Below, piece by piece: positions 63,916-64,000 of a DNA stretch of 64,000 nucleotides. The notes below the pieces were generated by a model. The model was not told the origin of the DNA. It saw nothing but the letters and a program-made list of their open reading frames with translations, and searched no databases. Numbering within the stretch: position 1 is the first letter of the stretch; every line of letters starts with the position of its first letter. Origin of the DNA: Euryarchaeota archaeon UBA89 (GTDB taxonomy: Archaea; Thermoplasmatota; Poseidoniia; Poseidoniales; Thalassarchaeaceae); assembly GCA_002495525.1 (NCBI GenBank), contig DAFS01000037.1, positions 19,103 through 83,102 on the forward strand. Reading direction: 5' to 3'. The position numbers and the translations under genes are program-made.

Positions 63916-64000
63916 GATTCCAGCGGCGGATTAGTAAAGGTTTTAATCATTTTCATGTAATGAGTTTCTGTTTTACGGTAAAATAATTATTTATTTATCA

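Noticed and set aside
1-64000. Mobile elements, prophage, integrases, transposases or CRISPR-cas
   Set aside because: I saw no integrase, transposase or Cas motifs in any ORF, no long inverted or direct terminal repeats, and uniform AT-rich composition by eye.

Overview
This window is an AT-rich, very gene-dense chromosomal segment with about 55 protein genes and almost no intergenic DNA. I found no rRNA, tRNA, CRISPR array or mobile element. The informational genes are archaeal: ribosomal protein L40e, membrane LonB protease, exosome cap protein Csl4, Nmd3, TrmI, archaeal-type AspRS and UPF0147. They sit beside bacterial-looking metabolic genes: SufCBD, Ccm/CcdA cytochrome c maturation, FabH, RmuC and an M23 peptidase. 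This mix, plus three giant surface proteins, suggests a streamlined marine planktonic archaeon such as a Marine Group II/III-like Thermoplasmatota; that placement is inference only. The most unusual content: (1) Three giant type-I membrane proteins: a 1,610-aa subtilase, a 1,592-aa RCC1/ephrin-receptor-like/thrombospondin-3 protein and a roughly 1,050-aa thioredoxin-cadherin-like protein. Each ends in one TM helix and an acidic, proline-rich cytoplasmic tail with a small terminal module. (2) A rhomboid protease encoded directly upstream of the subtilase, both carrying cytoplasmic zinc ribbons. (3) A Csl4 exosome subunit fused to a CxxC-x17-CxxC module and a canonical RRM. (4) A tightly coupled five-gene operon of unknown pathway: formyltransferase-like, SDR, luciferase-like monooxygenase, asparaginase-II family and ALDH. 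(5) Fused or compacted cytochrome c maturation genes (CcmA-CcmB fusion, CcmC, an unannotated CcmD-like ORF, and a TlpA-CcdA fusion). (6) A thymidylate kinase with an unexplained C-terminal domain of about 240 aa. Several short genes are missing from the ORF track: L40e, the CcmD-like ORF, a Cys-rich ORF after sufD and a tail-anchored ORF after aspS. Several ORF-track starts are probably over-extended. All family assignments come from motif recognition by eye, with no searches run.
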